A DNA stretch of 64,000 bases from Candidatus Parcubacteria bacterium (lineage in GTDB: Bacteria > Patescibacteriota > Minisyncoccia > Sungbacterales > SURF-37), in assembly GCA_003599755.1 (NCBI GenBank), contig QZJO01000009.1, positions 86,140 to 150,139 on the forward strand, given 5' to 3'. A model generated the notes under the pieces. That model was not told the DNA's origin, did not search any database, and saw only the letters and a list, made by a program, of their open reading frames with translations. Positions 55,822 to 64,000 of this stretch are shown here, piece by piece; the first letter of the stretch is position 1, and every line of letters starts with the position of its first letter. A program made the translations under genes and the position numbers.

Positions 55822-57314
55822 GGAAGCGATGCAGCGCGTTCCCGCGGAGCTGGGGCGACAATTTGATAAATCTTCACTATCGGATTCTCGTATACGCGTC
55901 GAAGCGCGGGATCGCGATCAAAATCCGGATTACCAAACTGCAATTCCCAAGGCCCGTAATATACGTACTCCGCCGCGACATCGCTCCACTGCACTTGGAG
56001 CGTCTCATAGCGACGGATGAGCTCTTCGCGGCGATCGTCCGGTACCCGCCCGCATCCTTGCCGGAAATACTCATTCACCGCGCCGCGGCTGAAGTAGCAA
56101 GCATACAAATCGTCCGTAAGTTTGCGGAAATTCTCATCGCGATAGTAACAGAGCGGTCCCACGCACGCGATGGCCGGAGGTTCCGATGCGAGCTGAGCCG
56201 CAAGGGTTTCGGGCGCGACGGCGAAGAGCTTGCTCGCCGTAAGATACCGCGCCTCGAGCTCATCCTGCGGGAGCGGTGAAATGATACTCTGCGGCAGATA
56301 CGGGCGCGCAGACGTATACACGGCGAGATATTGCGAGGTCAAGAACGACGAAGAGATGATCCGCGGCTCCCCCGGGATGTGTTCGTTAATCCATTCCCAT
56401 GATGCGGCAATGTCTTTCGGGAAAAAATGTTTGTTGATGATCCATTGCTGGGGCTCTCGCGCAAGCATTGCGACGTTCACCGCCTTTTTGGCAACCACTG
56501 CCAGAGATCCGAGCGCGATGAGCGCGGTAATGAGGATTGCCGCGCGCCGAGAGCGCTCGGAGATTCTCCGCGCGAGTTCAAAAACCATGAGGGATACGAT
56601 AATGAAGATCGTAACGCTCGTCGCCTTCGGCCAGTGGTCGGGCGCGGGCACAAAACCGGTGACGAGCTGGACGTTCCATATGACGGGCATTGCCGCGATA
56701 AGAATTATGAGAAATATCGCGCGCATGCGGTCCCGCTTGCCATAGATAAGCCAGGCGAACGCCCCAAGGACTATATATGCGAGATAATCAAAGCCAAGCC
56801 CGACCCAGAAAAATTCGCGCCCTTCGGCAAGCGACAAGCGAAGAAGAAAATCCTCTTGCCCTTCCGCGCGCGTGAAGCGCACAAAGTTCATCGCGTAGGG
56901 GGCAAGCGTTACCGCAGCACTCCCCAGCATGATCGCCGCGCCCCGAAGACGCGCACGATCGCCCTCGCGAATATAGGAGAAGGCAGCGGCAACGGCTGTC
57001 ATTCCCAACACCGCCATCCAGTAGATCCACGTATGAAAGTAGACGTAACCAAGAAGGCCGCCCGCGACTCCGGCGAAGATGGCGTTGCGCGGACGGGGTC
57101 GCTCCCAAAATGCCAGAAGCGCCAAGAATGCGATGAGGAAAAACGGCAAGGTCAACAGAGGAAAATCGAGGCGCGTCAGCGGAAGCTTGTCGATCTGCGT
57201 ATTGACGCCGGGCCAAAATTGCTTGACGAAATAGCCTAAAAATTCCCGCCAAATCGTCGCGAGGTCGCTTGAACGCGGCGTGAAAAAGAATTGCTCGAGA
57301 TTAGGCAGTGCCAT
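55818..57314 (-). CDS. Polytopic membrane protein (GT-C-like), possibly the C-terminal part of a frameshifted gene
   Basis: Many TM helices; overlaps the upstream ORF by 14 nt at a T4 run. Confidence 0.65.
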   Translation of the reverse strand: MALPNLEQFFFTPRSSDLATIWREFLGYFVKQFWPGVNTQIDKLPLTRLDFPLLTLPFFLIAFLALLAFWERPRPRNAIFAGVAGGLLGYVYFHTWIYWMAVLGMTAVAAAFSYIREGDRARLRGAAIMLGSAAVTLAPYAMNFVRFTRAEGQEDFLLRLSLAEGREFFWVGLGFDYLAYIVLGAFAWLIYGKRDRMRAIFLIILIAAMPVIWNVQLVTGFVPAPDHWPKATSVTIFIIVSLMVFELARRISERSRRAAILITALIALGSLAVVAKKAVNVAMLAREPQQWIINKHFFPKDIAASWEWINEHIPGEPRIISSSFLTSQYLAVYTSARPYLPQSIISPLPQDELEARYLTASKLFAVAPETLAAQLASEPPAIACVGPLCYYRDENFRKLTDDLYACYFSRGAVNEYFRQGCGRVPDDRREELIRRYETLQVQWSDVAAEYVYYGPWELQFGNPDFDRDPALRRVYENPIVKIYQIVAPAPRERAASLP

Positions 57315-58293
57315 AAAAGTTGAGCATCCGGAGGGGAATCGGCGTAAGCGCCGCGACCAGGGCGAAGGCGAGCGCCCAGAGGTTTCTATGAAAGAGTTTC
57401 TTGCCCACGAGGAAGAACAACAGAAAATTCACCTGGGAAAACACGAAGAGCGCGGCAAGGTATGCGGGATATATCTTTCCTTCGGCGGGAACGAGGAATG
57501 CGGCGAACACGAGCGAAGGAATCGGATTGCGCAACGTCGTCGGCGAGTCGTCGGCGAAGGGATCAGAGGAGGGTGAATGGCCGTCGTATACTTCCCGCGC
57601 GCGAGCAAGATAGGTAAGATCGTTCCGGTAATTTTCATAAGAGAATACGAACGGCTGGCCGTCGTTCGTCTCTAAATATTCCGCGATCGCCCACAACGGC
57701 CCAACATGGAGCAGGCCGACGATAAGCGAACACGCGGCAACCAGCATCGGGAATACCGGCCGTACCGGCGTCTGGGAAACGCCCGGGAGCGCCGCTCCGA
57801 TACCATCGCGCATAGCCGCGGATCTGTCACGGAAGACGAAAAATCTAAACCCGCAGTAGTTCCACGCGATAATGGCCACAATCGAAAGCGCCTCGGCGAA
57901 GTTCGCCCAAACGACTTCGGCAAGATCCTCGAATGCCGCAAGCTGTGGCGCGGGTGGAATGAGCGTGGTTACCACATAGACGACGCCGGCGTTGAGCGCG
58001 ACCGCGCCTCCGTTGACGAGCACGAATTTGAAAAACTGCCAGGCCCCTCCGCGCGCGCGAAACACCCAGCGACTGTTCCACGCGTAGCTATGTACGATCA
58101 CCACCGCCGTCGAAAACGCACTGATAACCATGAACGCGATACCGGCGTAGACGTCAAAAAACGCGCCCAGCAAATTCACGAGCGCGAAAAAAAGGAGCGT
58201 GTTGAGGACGCCGACAACCACGTAGCGGATGAATCGCGGGGATACGAGTCCGAAGATTCCGCCCCCTTCCCTGCCGAGTCCGAACAATCGCAT
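57301..58293 (-). CDS. GtrA-domain membrane protein fused to the start of a GT-C-like domain
   Basis: RFIRY.VVG.LNT, SYAWNSRWVF and WNY..FRFFVF; then DLTYLARAREVYDG..DP. Confidence 0.75.
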   Translation of the reverse strand: MRLFGLGREGGGIFGLVSPRFIRYVVVGVLNTLLFFALVNLLGAFFDVYAGIAFMVISAFSTAVVIVHSYAWNSRWVFRARGGAWQFFKFVLVNGGAVALNAGVVYVVTTLIPPAPQLAAFEDLAEVVWANFAEALSIVAIIAWNYCGFRFFVFRDRSAAMRDGIGAALPGVSQTPVRPVFPMLVAACSLIVGLLHVGPLWAIAEYLETNDGQPFVFSYENYRNDLTYLARAREVYDGHSPSSDPFADDSPTTLRNPIPSLVFAAFLVPAEGKIYPAYLAALFVFSQVNFLLFFLVGKKLFHRNLWALAFALVAALTPIPLRMLNFYGTA

Positions 58294-58343
58294 GGATTCG
58301 ATAATACTAGCAGACGGGGCCGAAAAATTGAACTACATACGGG

Positions 58344-59315
58344 TCATCCGCTACGGGCGCGATACCAATCAATGGTCTTTTGGAGTCCCTCGTCGAGATC
58401 CGTCTTCGCCCGAAACCCGAGCAAGCGCTCGGCTTTCGAAACGTCGACCAACCGCACCGGGATCATGGATGGTTTTGAAGCATTGAATTGAATCCGGGCG
58501 CCAGTAAACCCGTCGAGCTCGAGAATTTTGTCGAGCATGTCTTTAACCCGATATCCTTTGCCGAGCCCGATATTGAATACATCGTATCGATCGATTTTCT
58601 CTGCAGCCAGCAGCATCGCATCCACTACGTCGTCTACGAAAATCGGGTCCCGTACATCCTCCCCCGTCCCCCATACTTCAAGCGGGTCTTGGCGTTCGAC
58701 GACTTTGCGGATGAGCGCGGGGATGACGTGCGAGACCGCGGGATCGAAATTATCGCCGGGGCCGTAAACATAGGAAAGCCGGAGAACAATCGTGGTCATC
58801 GGCTTGGCAAGCTTTTCTCCGTACATCCGCGCGAGCACTTCGGTGATGCGCTTGGACCATCCGACGAAAAAGTATTTCTCGAACGGATCGCCTGAAAACA
58901 TCTCCTCTTCGCGCACCGGCCGCTGGCCGGTCGGCGGATAGGCGGTGGTACTTCCGAGCCACACGAGTTTTCGGACGCCTGCGCGGTACGCCGCATCGAA
59001 AACGTTCGCGTCAATGGCGATGTTCGATGTGACGCTCTGCAGCGGATCGCGCGCAGTGGCGCCCGCGCCCGGGGTGTAGGCCGCGCAGTGAAATACGTAG
59101 ATAACGCCTTCAAGCGCCTTTTTGCACTCCTCCGGCCTGGCAAGATCGGCTTGTACGTACGATGCGCCCGCTGCGCGATCCTTCGGCTCCGTCCGGTTGA
59201 ACGTCGCGCGCACTACCGCGCCCGCTTCGACCAGGCGCTTGGCAAGATTCGAGCCGATCAGGCCGGATGCGCCGGTGACGAGCACGGTTTGATTTTTGAG
59301 CAATGAGTCGGCCAT
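58344..59315 (-). CDS. NAD(P)-dependent epimerase/reductase (GDP-fucose synthase-like SDR)
   Basis: VTGASGLIG, HCAA, YGPGDNF...SHVIPALI and VWGTG...RD. Confidence 0.9.
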   Translation of the reverse strand: MADSLLKNQTVLVTGASGLIGSNLAKRLVEAGAVVRATFNRTEPKDRAAGASYVQADLARPEECKKALEGVIYVFHCAAYTPGAGATARDPLQSVTSNIAIDANVFDAAYRAGVRKLVWLGSTTAYPPTGQRPVREEEMFSGDPFEKYFFVGWSKRITEVLARMYGEKLAKPMTTIVLRLSYVYGPGDNFDPAVSHVIPALIRKVVERQDPLEVWGTGEDVRDPIFVDDVVDAMLLAAEKIDRYDVFNIGLGKGYRVKDMLDKILELDGFTGARIQFNASKPSMIPVRLVDVSKAERLLGFRAKTDLDEGLQKTIDWYRARSG

Positions 59316-59407
59316 GGGACAATCCTTAATCCTTACTACCATTGCACATACCGTGCTGTAACAAAAGAAAAGCCCCCGGCGCATGCGTCGCGCCGAGGGT
59401 GCAACTG

Positions 59408-60133
59408 TCAACGATCCTCTACTCCCGGGGGGCGAAGCTGTCGAAGCCCGAGATACGTCGTGCCGACGGTGACCATGTCCGGCCCTGCAGCTTGCGTATC
59501 GCCGATCTGGATGTGCTCCTGATCTCCGCCGTCGAGGAGCGCAAGCCACTCGTACACCGGGAACAGGACCGTACCGATAAACTCGCCCGCATCGAGGTTG
59601 CGGCTCGACTTCTCGACCGGGTTCCTGGGAATCCCGAGGCACGGGAAGATCAGATCCCCGGTCGCGCCGACGTGCACGGGAATGGCCGAGCGGCGCAGGA
59701 ACTCGACCCGGTCAAGCGCGATCCGCGTCTCCTCTTCGAACTCCCGGGCAGCACCTTCGGCCAGATCCTCGCCCTTCTTGAAGCCGCCGGAGGGGAGCTG
59801 CAGGATGACGCGCTTGACCGCGGGTCGGTAGGACGCCGTCACCGGCACGAGACGGCCGATCGGCGAGGGCACGACCGCGAAGGTGATTGAGTAGGCGCGG
59901 CCGGGGCTGATGTGGAAGTACGTGGTCGGCTTCCCATCGGGTCCCTGGTAGATCGCGGCGGCCATCGGCGGGACGAAGCGGAGCTCCTTTCGTTGCGCCT
60001 CGGCAAGGTCCCGCGCCTGGTAGTCGGCGACCGGGACTTCCTCGACGAGCGACCAGTTGTCGATGCCCATCTCGCGAAGCACGTCGTAGACGCTCTTCGC
60101 GTTCACCACACGGAGGTCATAGATTGTCTCCAC
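59408..60133 (-). CDS. NUDIX hydrolase (divergent)
   Basis: LPSGGFKKGEDLAEGAAREFEEET; GGAGGAG SD before the GTG. Confidence 0.8.
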   Translation of the reverse strand: METIYDLRVVNAKSVYDVLREMGIDNWSLVEEVPVADYQARDLAEAQRKELRFVPPMAAAIYQGPDGKPTTYFHISPGRAYSITFAVVPSPIGRLVPVTASYRPAVKRVILQLPSGGFKKGEDLAEGAAREFEEETRIALDRVEFLRRSAIPVHVGATGDLIFPCLGIPRNPVEKSSRNLDAGEFIGTVLFPVYEWLALLDGGDQEHIQIGDTQAAGPDMVTVGTTYLGLRQLRPPGVEDR

Positions 60134-60248
60134 GCTGATTCTCCTCCCAGTTTGGAATGAACAGTCGAAACAAGCTGTAAATGAAATCCAATAAAAAGTC
60201 AAGGAAACCCGCGGGCGAGCAAATTTGCTATTTCAAAGAGTCTGGATG

Positions 60249-61301
60249 CTAAAACGGCCCGCGGAATTCGGCGATCTCTTTTGAAATCTCGCCTTTGGCC
60301 GTCCAGGGACGGCGGCCGTGAAGCAGCCGATGCGCGGCTTCGGCGATCGTGCGCGGATTTGGATAGAAACGGTCCTCGAGCGGACGCGAAGGCGGGCAGG
60401 TAGTCGCGGCGAATCCGAGGCGTTCGAGTTTCGGCAGCGCGAGTTTTTCTTTCTGAAAATACTCGACGATTCGCGCGATAATCTCCGCACCCGCGCCGCA
60501 GGTAGGCCATGCGTTGTCCGCGATAAGAAGGTGTTTCGTCTTTTTGACCGAACGGAGAATGGTATCCATGTCGAGCGGGGCCAGCGTCACCGGGTCGATC
60601 ACCTCCACCCGGATGCCGGCATCCTCGAGCAGATGGGCTGCCCGGAGCGATTCGGGCACCATGTAGGATATCCCGACGATGGTTACGTCGCTCCCTTGTT
60701 TCAGCACGCGCGCCCTGCCGAACGGCACGGTGTAGGGTTTGGCCGGCACATGTCCCTTCATCGTGTGCAGCATGCGGTGTTCGATGAATACCACGGGGTT
60801 GTTGTCGCGAATGCTTTGGATAAGCGTCCCTTTCGCGTCATACGGCGTAGAGGGGATTACTACCTTCAGTCCCGGTACGTGCATGAAGAACGAATAAAGG
60901 GCTTGCGAGTGCTGCGCGCCCTGCCCCCAAGAGCGGCCGATCACCGAGCGAAATACGGCGGGAATGTTCACCGAACCGCCGTACATGTAGCGGGCCTTTG
61001 CCGCGATATTTACGATCTGGTTCATCGCGAGCAGCAAAAAATCCATGCGGATATGGGCGTGGATCGGACGCAGGCCCGCGAGCGCGGCTCCGATCGCGAC
61101 GCCCGTCATCGCATCTTCGGAAAGCGGCGTATCGAATATGCGCGACGCGCCGAATCTTTTTTGAAGGCCGGCAGTAGTTCCCCACATGGCGATATGATCG
61201 TCCACTCCCATCCCAAACATGAACACCGAGGAGTCGCGGGCCATTTCTTGTTCCTGCGCCTCCCGAATTGCCTCAGCATAGGTGAGAATGCGCTCCTTCA
61301 T
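60249..61301 (-). CDS. TPP-dependent 2-oxoacid dehydrogenase E1-beta-like subunit
   Basis: DTPLSE, GLRP, GAQHSQ, PGLKV..P..PYDAKG and NPV.FIEH. Confidence 0.9.
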   Translation of the reverse strand: MKERILTYAEAIREAQEQEMARDSSVFMFGMGVDDHIAMWGTTAGLQKRFGASRIFDTPLSEDAMTGVAIGAALAGLRPIHAHIRMDFLLLAMNQIVNIAAKARYMYGGSVNIPAVFRSVIGRSWGQGAQHSQALYSFFMHVPGLKVVIPSTPYDAKGTLIQSIRDNNPVVFIEHRMLHTMKGHVPAKPYTVPFGRARVLKQGSDVTIVGISYMVPESLRAAHLLEDAGIRVEVIDPVTLAPLDMDTILRSVKKTKHLLIADNAWPTCGAGAEIIARIVEYFQKEKLALPKLERLGFAATTCPPSRPLEDRFYPNPRTIAEAAHRLLHGRRPWTAKGEISKEIAEFRGPF

Positions 61302-61302
61302 A

Positions 61303-62253
61303 CTAGGCAAAGACATCGGTGAAAAGCTCCTCTACCTTCGGAAAAGGACTTTTCTCGGCGTATGCGAATGCTGCTTTGATTTCACGCTCAACCGCGCGCT
61401 CGATTGCGGCGCGTTTTTTCGGAGCGAGAAGGTTCCCGATGCGCGGGAGCTGATCATTCTTCACCCATGGCTCGAGTTCCTTCTTCGTGCGATATCCCTG
61501 GTCGTAGTCATCACCGGGACCCACGTGCTGGCGCCAGCGATACGTCATACACTCGAAAAATATTGGTCCGGATTTCCCTGCCGTGATGGCTTGGCGCGCG
61601 CGCCGCGCGCGCTCGTAGATCTTCAGCACGTCATTGCCCTCGATGCGCTCCGCCGGCATCCCATAGGCCCGCGCCCGTTCTACGATATTCGCGCGGGCGT
61701 GGCGCGCGCGCTCATGGGAATGGATCGCGTAAAAATTGTTTTCGCAAATAAAGATAACCGGGAGTTTTCTTAGCGCGGCGAAATTCATACTCTCGTGCCA
61801 TACCCCCTCGTCAACGCCGCCGTCTCCGAAAAAGCTCACCGCGATCCGATCCCGGTCGCCGCGGTAGCGGATCGCGAGCGCAAAACCCACAGCTTGCGGA
61901 ATCGTGGTTCCGACGATTGCTGACGCACCCATGACGCCGACGCGAACGTCAATCAAATGCATGGAACCGCCCTTGCCTTTGTTCGAGCCAGTATGCTTGC
62001 CGTAAAGCTCGGCGATCATTTTTTTCAGATCACCCCCCTTGGCGAGATAAAGCGCGTGCGACCGATATGTACCGAAAACAGCGTCCTGTGGCTTTAGGGC
62101 CTCGGCAACCCCGACCGACACGGCCTCCTGGCCAATAGAAAGATGCACGGGACTTTGAATTTTGTCCGTGGGATACACCCGCGCAATTTCCTCTTCTACG
62201 CGCCGTATTCGATAGAGCGAGCGGTAGAGCGTCTCATGAGATATGGATTTCAT
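61303..62253 (-). CDS. TPP-dependent E1-alpha-like subunit
   Basis: HLSIGQEA, YRSH, GKGGSMH, GDG..DEG..HE..N.A, CENN and TYR...HVGP. Confidence 0.9.
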   Translation of the reverse strand: MKSISHETLYRSLYRIRRVEEEIARVYPTDKIQSPVHLSIGQEAVSVGVAEALKPQDAVFGTYRSHALYLAKGGDLKKMIAELYGKHTGSNKGKGGSMHLIDVRVGVMGASAIVGTTIPQAVGFALAIRYRGDRDRIAVSFFGDGGVDEGVWHESMNFAALRKLPVIFICENNFYAIHSHERARHARANIVERARAYGMPAERIEGNDVLKIYERARRARQAITAGKSGPIFFECMTYRWRQHVGPGDDYDQGYRTKKELEPWVKNDQLPRIGNLLAPKKRAAIERAVEREIKAAFAYAEKSPFPKVEELFTDVFA

Positions 62254-62267
62254 CGGATGCGGATCGA

Positions 62268-63374
62268 TCAAGCCGGCAGGCCGGCGAAGTGCTTGTGCCA
62301 CACGAGGTATTCGCGGAAAAACCCTTCCATCATCTCCTTTTCCGCCTGCGGAAGATTCGTGAGTGCTTTGGCGCGCTCAAGACCTTGGGCGGCGAGCTCG
62401 GCCGTTGCCGCGCGATACGACTTCTCGGCAAGCGGTATTGACCGAAGGAGTTTTACGAATCGGTCCGCTCCCCGGTCGTTTACCAGTTCGTCCTCTAAAT
62501 CCTTCCAGAAATCATGAGGATTCCGAAACTGCTTCACCAGCGGATAGCCGTACGAGATGATACCGCCGAGGTGCTCCGCCAGTTTGCAGACGAAAAAACT
62601 CGTCCAGATGTCGGCATTCCGACCGGTGGAAACAGGCGTGTAATATGCCGGTATGATTTCGCGCGCAAAGGCCGTGTTTTGGTTGTTGAACGCGCACCAC
62701 GTGCCGGGCGCGAGCCCGAAATTCGGCTGGAACGCCTCGTCCATCCCGACAATGCGCACCGGCCAAAAGAGGCGCGAAATCGCGTCTTGATCGGGATCTT
62801 CCAGCACGAGCCCGTTGTTGACGATAACGGTGCCCGCCTGCTTCGCCACTGATTTCTGCTGGAGTTTGTACTGGCGCTGGCCCCACGGGAATCCCCGCGG
62901 AAAAATCGGAATTCCTTTCTCCTCGCGAAGCGTCTCGTAGACATTCCACCAGCCGGTTTCGGTCGAAACGAGCGGAAGCGTCGGAGACGTACCGGCGATC
63001 TTATGCGCGCCGACGAAATCAATATCAGTGACGAAATTATCATCGTCGACCGAAATTAGCGTTTCGCATCCTTCCTGGTACGCGACAAGATGCCAGAGAA
63101 GCCGCCGCACGGGCGTGTTTTCCGGCACCATCGCCCAAAGCTCGGGGAACTCGGCAAGGCGCTTGCGCTGATCATCGAGATCCACATAAGTAATCGGGAT
63201 GTTGTACTTCACCGATACCGTCTCGCAATGCGCTTTCGTTTCCGGCGGCGTCTTGCGGTCGCCGATGATGTACCACGCCAAATCAGTATGCCGATGCGCC
63301 GCAATATTCGCGCACACTTCATCAATGAAGGTCGGTACGCGGATCGTGGTGGTGAGGAGGACGGTTTTAGCCAT
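62268..63374 (-). CDS. RGP/STELLO-like (GT75-related) protein
   Basis: TTI..P, IGDRKTP, SVDDDN, PRGFP, DPD.DAI, FN.QNT and R..DIW. Confidence 0.7.
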   Translation of the reverse strand: MAKTVLLTTTIRVPTFIDEVCANIAAHRHTDLAWYIIGDRKTPPETKAHCETVSVKYNIPITYVDLDDQRKRLAEFPELWAMVPENTPVRRLLWHLVAYQEGCETLISVDDDNFVTDIDFVGAHKIAGTSPTLPLVSTETGWWNVYETLREEKGIPIFPRGFPWGQRQYKLQQKSVAKQAGTVIVNNGLVLEDPDQDAISRLFWPVRIVGMDEAFQPNFGLAPGTWCAFNNQNTAFAREIIPAYYTPVSTGRNADIWTSFFVCKLAEHLGGIISYGYPLVKQFRNPHDFWKDLEDELVNDRGADRFVKLLRSIPLAEKSYRAATAELAAQGLERAKALTNLPQAEKEMMEGFFREYLVWHKHFAGLPA

Positions 63375-63383
63375 ACACGAGCA

Positions 63384-63821
63384 TTACATGATGCGCTGCG
63401 CACCAAGGAAGCTTCGTACTTCAGACATTGTGCCGCGCGGGAACGATTTAAAAAATGCGATCTTCTGGGCTTGGGCGCTTCCACGAAGGCGACCGCCGAT
63501 CGGCCGCGCGAGATACACAACGCTCACACTATGCTGCCATCGCCCGAGATAACGGTACTCAATGACGCCGACGATCCGTTGCACGGCAAGCTTCAAACCA
63601 GTCTCTTCGCGGGCGATCCTCCGGATTGCAGCCGGTAATTGTTCCTGCATCCGGACTCGCCCGCCGGGAAGATGCCACATGCCTTTATCCGGCTGAATAT
63701 CACGCCGCGAGAGTATGATGCCCCGCGCGTCCCGGATCACCAGATCCACGCACAAACGCGGCACCTTCCGATAGATCGAACGATACTTCCTATCTGAAAG
63801 CCACGCGCTCGTGTTGGCCAT
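63384..63821 (-). CDS. NUDIX hydrolase (GDP-mannose mannosyl hydrolase-like)
   Basis: PRLCVDLVI and P.KG.W.LPGGRV...E....AIRRIAREETG. Confidence 0.85.
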   Translation of the reverse strand: MANTSAWLSDRKYRSIYRKVPRLCVDLVIRDARGIILSRRDIQPDKGMWHLPGGRVRMQEQLPAAIRRIAREETGLKLAVQRIVGVIEYRYLGRWQHSVSVVYLARPIGGRLRGSAQAQKIAFFKSFPRGTMSEVRSFLGAQRIM

Positions 63822-63823
63822 GA

Positions 63824-64000
63824 TCAGCGCCAGAAAAAAAATTCGTACGCGAACTGGATGAGATGCGCAAACCCGATACGGAAGAGTTTGAGGCGCCGCT
63901 CCGGGTCGAGGCGCTTCGGCTCGTCTCCGGGAATCTCGACGACGTCGAGTTTGCGCTTCGCCGCGCGCACGGACATCAGCGCTTCCCAGGGAATATTCAT
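63824..64000 (-). CDS. Glycosyltransferase family 2, C-terminal fragment (5' end outside the window)
   Basis: WEALMSVRAAKRKL.VVEIPGDEPKR. Confidence 0.65.
   Translation of the reverse strand: MNIPWEALMSVRAAKRKLDVVEIPGDEPKRLDPERRLKLFRIGFAHLIQFAYEFFFWR

Overview
GC-rich bacterial chromosomal segment, almost entirely on the - strand. Gene content and style suggest Patescibacteria/CPR (Parcubacteria-like); this is inference from the split transketolase, typical hypothetical families and rRNA insertions. From left to right: pentose-phosphate genes (tkt-N, rpe, rpiB) and rodA. Then a 23S-5S rRNA unit with its own sigma70 promoter and no adjacent 16S; the 23S gene (~3.7 kb) carries an ORF-less group I intron at E. 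coli-equivalent position 2593, a helix-25 intervening sequence encoding a small GIY-YIG nuclease, and several hairpin insertions. Then housekeeping genes (efp, TraD-like ATPase, secD/F, dinB, secA, hpf, murB), a polyamine module (speE-like plus two speD-like genes), and a ~28-kb glycan cluster (neuABC, TPP-dependent E1 alpha/beta pair, RGP/STELLO-like protein, GTs, methyltransferases). The most unusual signals are non-coding: a densely structured ~550-nt region upstream of murB (large multibranch RNA, 6S-like rod, small RNA complementary to a loop of the large RNA); a 26-nt anti-P1 element inside the 23S intron; a second candidate structured RNA upstream of efp; a 20-aa basic peptide gene; DnaA-box-like motifs at near-fixed distances from promoters; and two gene classes, leaderless core genes versus SD-led self-contained cassettes. 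All structures were read by eye; no folding or database search was run.
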